From the NCBI GenBank assembly GCA_964245535.1, contig CAXTNA010000004.1:1-37487 (forward strand): a stretch of 37,487 bases of DNA, in the 5' to 3' direction. The notes below the pieces were generated by a model, which saw only the letters and a list, made by a program, of their open reading frames with translations, was not told the DNA's origin and did not search any database. The DNA comes from an uncultured Acidobacteriaceae bacterium. Its GTDB lineage: Bacteria; Acidobacteriota; Terriglobia; Terriglobales; Acidobacteriaceae. Shown in pieces: positions 35,165-37,487 of the stretch; position 1 is the stretch's first letter, and every line of letters starts with the position of its first letter. The position numbers and the translations under genes are program-made.

Positions 35165-35611
35165 ATGGCGTCCGCACGTTCCCGGCTTGCAGGCTTGGCT
35201 TTTGGAAGCACCGCTCTCGTTCTTCTGCTGGTGGCGCCCGCAGCCAAAAAGCCTGTGCTCGCGGCTCCGCAAGGGGCACCGGCCCCAAATACCCCTGAGT
35301 TTTACACCGCTCGCGTTCAGCCCATCTTTCAAGCCAACTGCAATCGATGCCATGCAGGCCTGAATCATCGCGGCGGCCTGCAAATGGACACGCAGGCAGG
35401 CTTGCTGCACGGCGGCCACCATGGCCCGGCACTCGTGCCCGGTCATCCCGAGCAGTCGCTGCTGATCAAGCTCATCCGGCACGAAGGCCCCGCGGATGAT
35501 CCCATGCCCATGCCGCCGAAGAACAAGCTTTCCGATGCCGATATCGCCACGGTCGAACAATGGGTGCGCGCCGGGGCCGTGATGCCACCCGACAATCTGG
35601 CAAATCGCTAA
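35165..35611 (+). CDS. Planctomycete-type cytochrome c domain protein
   Basis: Signal peptide; FY..RVQPIFQANCNRCH...GGLQMD...LL.GG..GPALVPG.PEQSLLI...MPP...LS..DIA.VEQWV.AGA. Confidence 0.88.
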   Translation: MASARSRLAGLAFGSTALVLLLVAPAAKKPVLAAPQGAPAPNTPEFYTARVQPIFQANCNRCHAGLNHRGGLQMDTQAGLLHGGHHGPALVPGHPEQSLLIKLIRHEGPADDPMPMPPKNKLSDADIATVEQWVRAGAVMPPDNLANR

Positions 35612-35749
35612 AAGCAGAGTCCCTCAGACCACAAACCAAACAGTCCGGCCCAACAAAGCGTCGGTGAACCCCGTGCGCCACTTCTGTTTCCCGTTTGGGT
35701 TCAGTACTCTGAGGGGGCTCTGGTGGCTTTGCGGCCTCCAAACATATCC

Positions 35750-37465
35750 ATGACCGATCGTCAGCGCCACTGCGAGCGCCCATGCCAGCGCCGCCTGCTC
35801 TGCGCCCTCCGTAGCTCGCTGCGCGCCTTCTCTCGCCCGCTGCGCGCCCCCTCTCGCCCGCTGCGCGCCTTGGCGCCCTTGCTCTGGGCGGTGTGGGCAT
35901 CGCTTGTCCTGTGCCTTGCGAAACCCGTTGTCGCGGCGACGCGCTCGCATACCCACCGTAGCGCCGTCACAGCCCTGCCACCGGCAAGCTTTGTGGCGAG
36001 CAGCAACAGCCATATAGCCAAGCACCGCAAAGCCGGTACGCATGCAGCGACACCCCATTCCGCCAAAGCCGCCACCGGCACGGCGGGCCAGCGCCATGGT
36101 GAGGCAACGCACAGTGGAAAGCCCGGCAAAAACCGCCGCGGTCGCATTCATGAGCCGGAGCCGGACGACCTCGTTCCCATGCTGCGCACTGGGCGCCATG
36201 AACGCTCCCATATCCCGCGTCACGACCGGTTTTCTGCGATGAACACCCCGCATGGGAATGACCTGCCGGTTCGTGTGCACCGTGGCGTGCATGGCAATCA
36301 GGATTTTGCTGTTGCCGCATCCTTGTCTGGGGCGCATAACCATTCAAGTCGCGACCACCCCTACGCCCCGACGCACCGCTCCTCGCGAGAAACGGACGAT
36401 GGCATGCGCACGGAGATCGCCGCCAGATCTGCCGGTAAAACATCCACCGCGGGCGAGACCTATGCCGAAGGCGTCGCGCACCCGGACGACGACGAACGCT
36501 TGCCGCATCAGGCACTTTCCCCGGCTGTTGCGATCGGCACAGCCGAGGTAATGGCTGCACCCGTCATACGCCCCCATTCCACGAGCGCCCCCTCGCAGCC
36601 GCAAATTGTTTCCGGCTTCGGGGGCGAGCTCGCCGTGGCCCCTGCAAACACTCCTGATCGTGCCGGGGACCACACCGACAGTCGCCCCGGGGGCACCCGT
36701 CGGCGCAATCATCCCATCGGTGCTTCGGCACTGGCTGAAGCCGCGCCTCCCGTATCGCTTGAAGAGCGCGATGCAATCACCGAGGCTGCGGTGAGCCCCG
36801 CCGTTTTACCTGAGCTTTACGACCGCAATGGCCGTTTGGTGATGCCCGCGCCGCTCAAAGGATCGCGCGAGGTATTGCTGCACCAAAACACCATGGCCAA
36901 TAGCGACGGTCTGGAGCGCCTGCAGGATGACACGGATCTCGACCGCTTGCGTACCGCGCGTCTGCTGGTCAATTTCCCGGCGAGCCAAAGCCTTCACATC
37001 AACGAAGACCTGCCCTACAACCGGCGTTGTGCGCGCCCCTGGACTGTGCTCTTCGCTACCGACATCGGCCGCGATTTTTTTGGCCGCTTCCATGAACCGA
37101 TTTACCTGACCTCTGCCGTTCGCACGGTCACTTACCAGACACGGCTACAGCGCGTGAACGGCAACGCCGCGGCGACAGACGGTGATCTGGCCTCGCCCCA
37201 TCTCACCGGCCAGGCCATCGACCTTGCCAAGCGCGGCATGAGTTCTGCCCAACTTGCGTGGATGCGTGCTTATCTGTTGCCGCTTATGCAGGCCGGTAAG
37301 ATCGATGTCGAAGAAGAGTTCCATCAGGCCTGCTTCCACATCAGCGTGTACCGCCAATACGCTGCCCCTCGGCGCGCGGCACATGAGCTAGCCCAGTTGA
37401 GCGGCTCCGCCACGCGCACGGCAATTCCTACATCCGACGCTACCGAATCGCCAGACATCCCATGA
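35750..37465 (+). CDS. DUF5715-like protein (putative peptidase M15/Hedgehog-DD-peptidase fold) with a long disordered N-terminal region
   Basis: C-terminal LTSAVRT..YQ..L.RVNGNAA...SPHLTGQAIDL...IDVEEE..QACFHISV; N-terminal TM/signal followed by a His/Arg/Ser-rich linker. Confidence 0.75.
   Translation: MTDRQRHCERPCQRRLLCALRSSLRAFSRPLRAPSRPLRALAPLLWAVWASLVLCLAKPVVAATRSHTHRSAVTALPPASFVASSNSHIAKHRKAGTHAATPHSAKAATGTAGQRHGEATHSGKPGKNRRGRIHEPEPDDLVPMLRTGRHERSHIPRHDRFSAMNTPHGNDLPVRVHRGVHGNQDFAVAASLSGAHNHSSRDHPYAPTHRSSRETDDGMRTEIAARSAGKTSTAGETYAEGVAHPDDDERLPHQALSPAVAIGTAEVMAAPVIRPHSTSAPSQPQIVSGFGGELAVAPANTPDRAGDHTDSRPGGTRRRNHPIGASALAEAAPPVSLEERDAITEAAVSPAVLPELYDRNGRLVMPAPLKGSREVLLHQNTMANSDGLERLQDDTDLDRLRTARLLVNFPASQSLHINEDLPYNRRCARPWTVLFATDIGRDFFGRFHEPIYLTSAVRTVTYQTRLQRVNGNAAATDGDLASPHLTGQAIDLAKRGMSSAQLAWMRAYLLPLMQAGKIDVEEEFHQACFHISVYRQYAAPRRAAHELAQLSGSATRTAIPTSDATESPDIP
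35817..35869 (+). repeat. 2.5 copies of a 21-bp coding repeat
   Basis: CGCTGCGCGCCTTCTCTCGCC / CGCTGCGCGCCCCCTCTCGCC / CGCTGCGCGCC (LRAFSRP LRAPSRP LRA). Confidence 0.85.
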
Positions 37466-37487
37466 CCCAGTAGATTTATGATCGAGG

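Noticed and set aside
35615-35722. 6S RNA identity for the structured spacer
   Set aside because: Contains a TGAACC/GGTTCA stem but is only ~108 nt and lacks a clear long rod with a central bubble; kept only as an unnamed structure.

Overview
A gene-dense, GC-rich bacterial chromosome segment. Its gene set and intergenic repeats look like Acidobacteriota (Terriglobia/Acidobacteriaceae); this is an inference, not a database result. Most of it is housekeeping and envelope biogenesis: an amidase fragment, a GerMN protein, murI, fabI, lepA, a MltD-like transglycosylase, bcp, fabZ-lpxA-lpxI, rluB, lipA, a SurA-like PPIase, serA, pdxH, a DsbA-like protein and lptD. Accessory items are interspersed: (1) an unannotated bidirectional locus at ~20983-21276 built like an Ibs/Sib-type type I toxin-antitoxin pair, with a perfect SD, a hydrophobic fold-back ORF, opposing terminators and an antisense promoter, whose ORF has no stop before its terminator; (2) an ECF sigma / repeat-bearing anti-sigma / stand-alone secretin-like operon; (3) a DUF4160-DUF2442 pair wedged inside the lipid A operon; (4) a Phd-VapC pair with a frameshifted toxin; (5) a decayed glyoxalase/VOC pseudogene missed by the ORF track; (6) an acidic-block/lysine-repeat protein resembling histone H1; (7) four REP-like elements in the first 5 kb; (8) many apparently leaderless genes. 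No rRNA, tRNA, CRISPR array, transposase or prophage was seen. All family assignments come from visual motif recognition.
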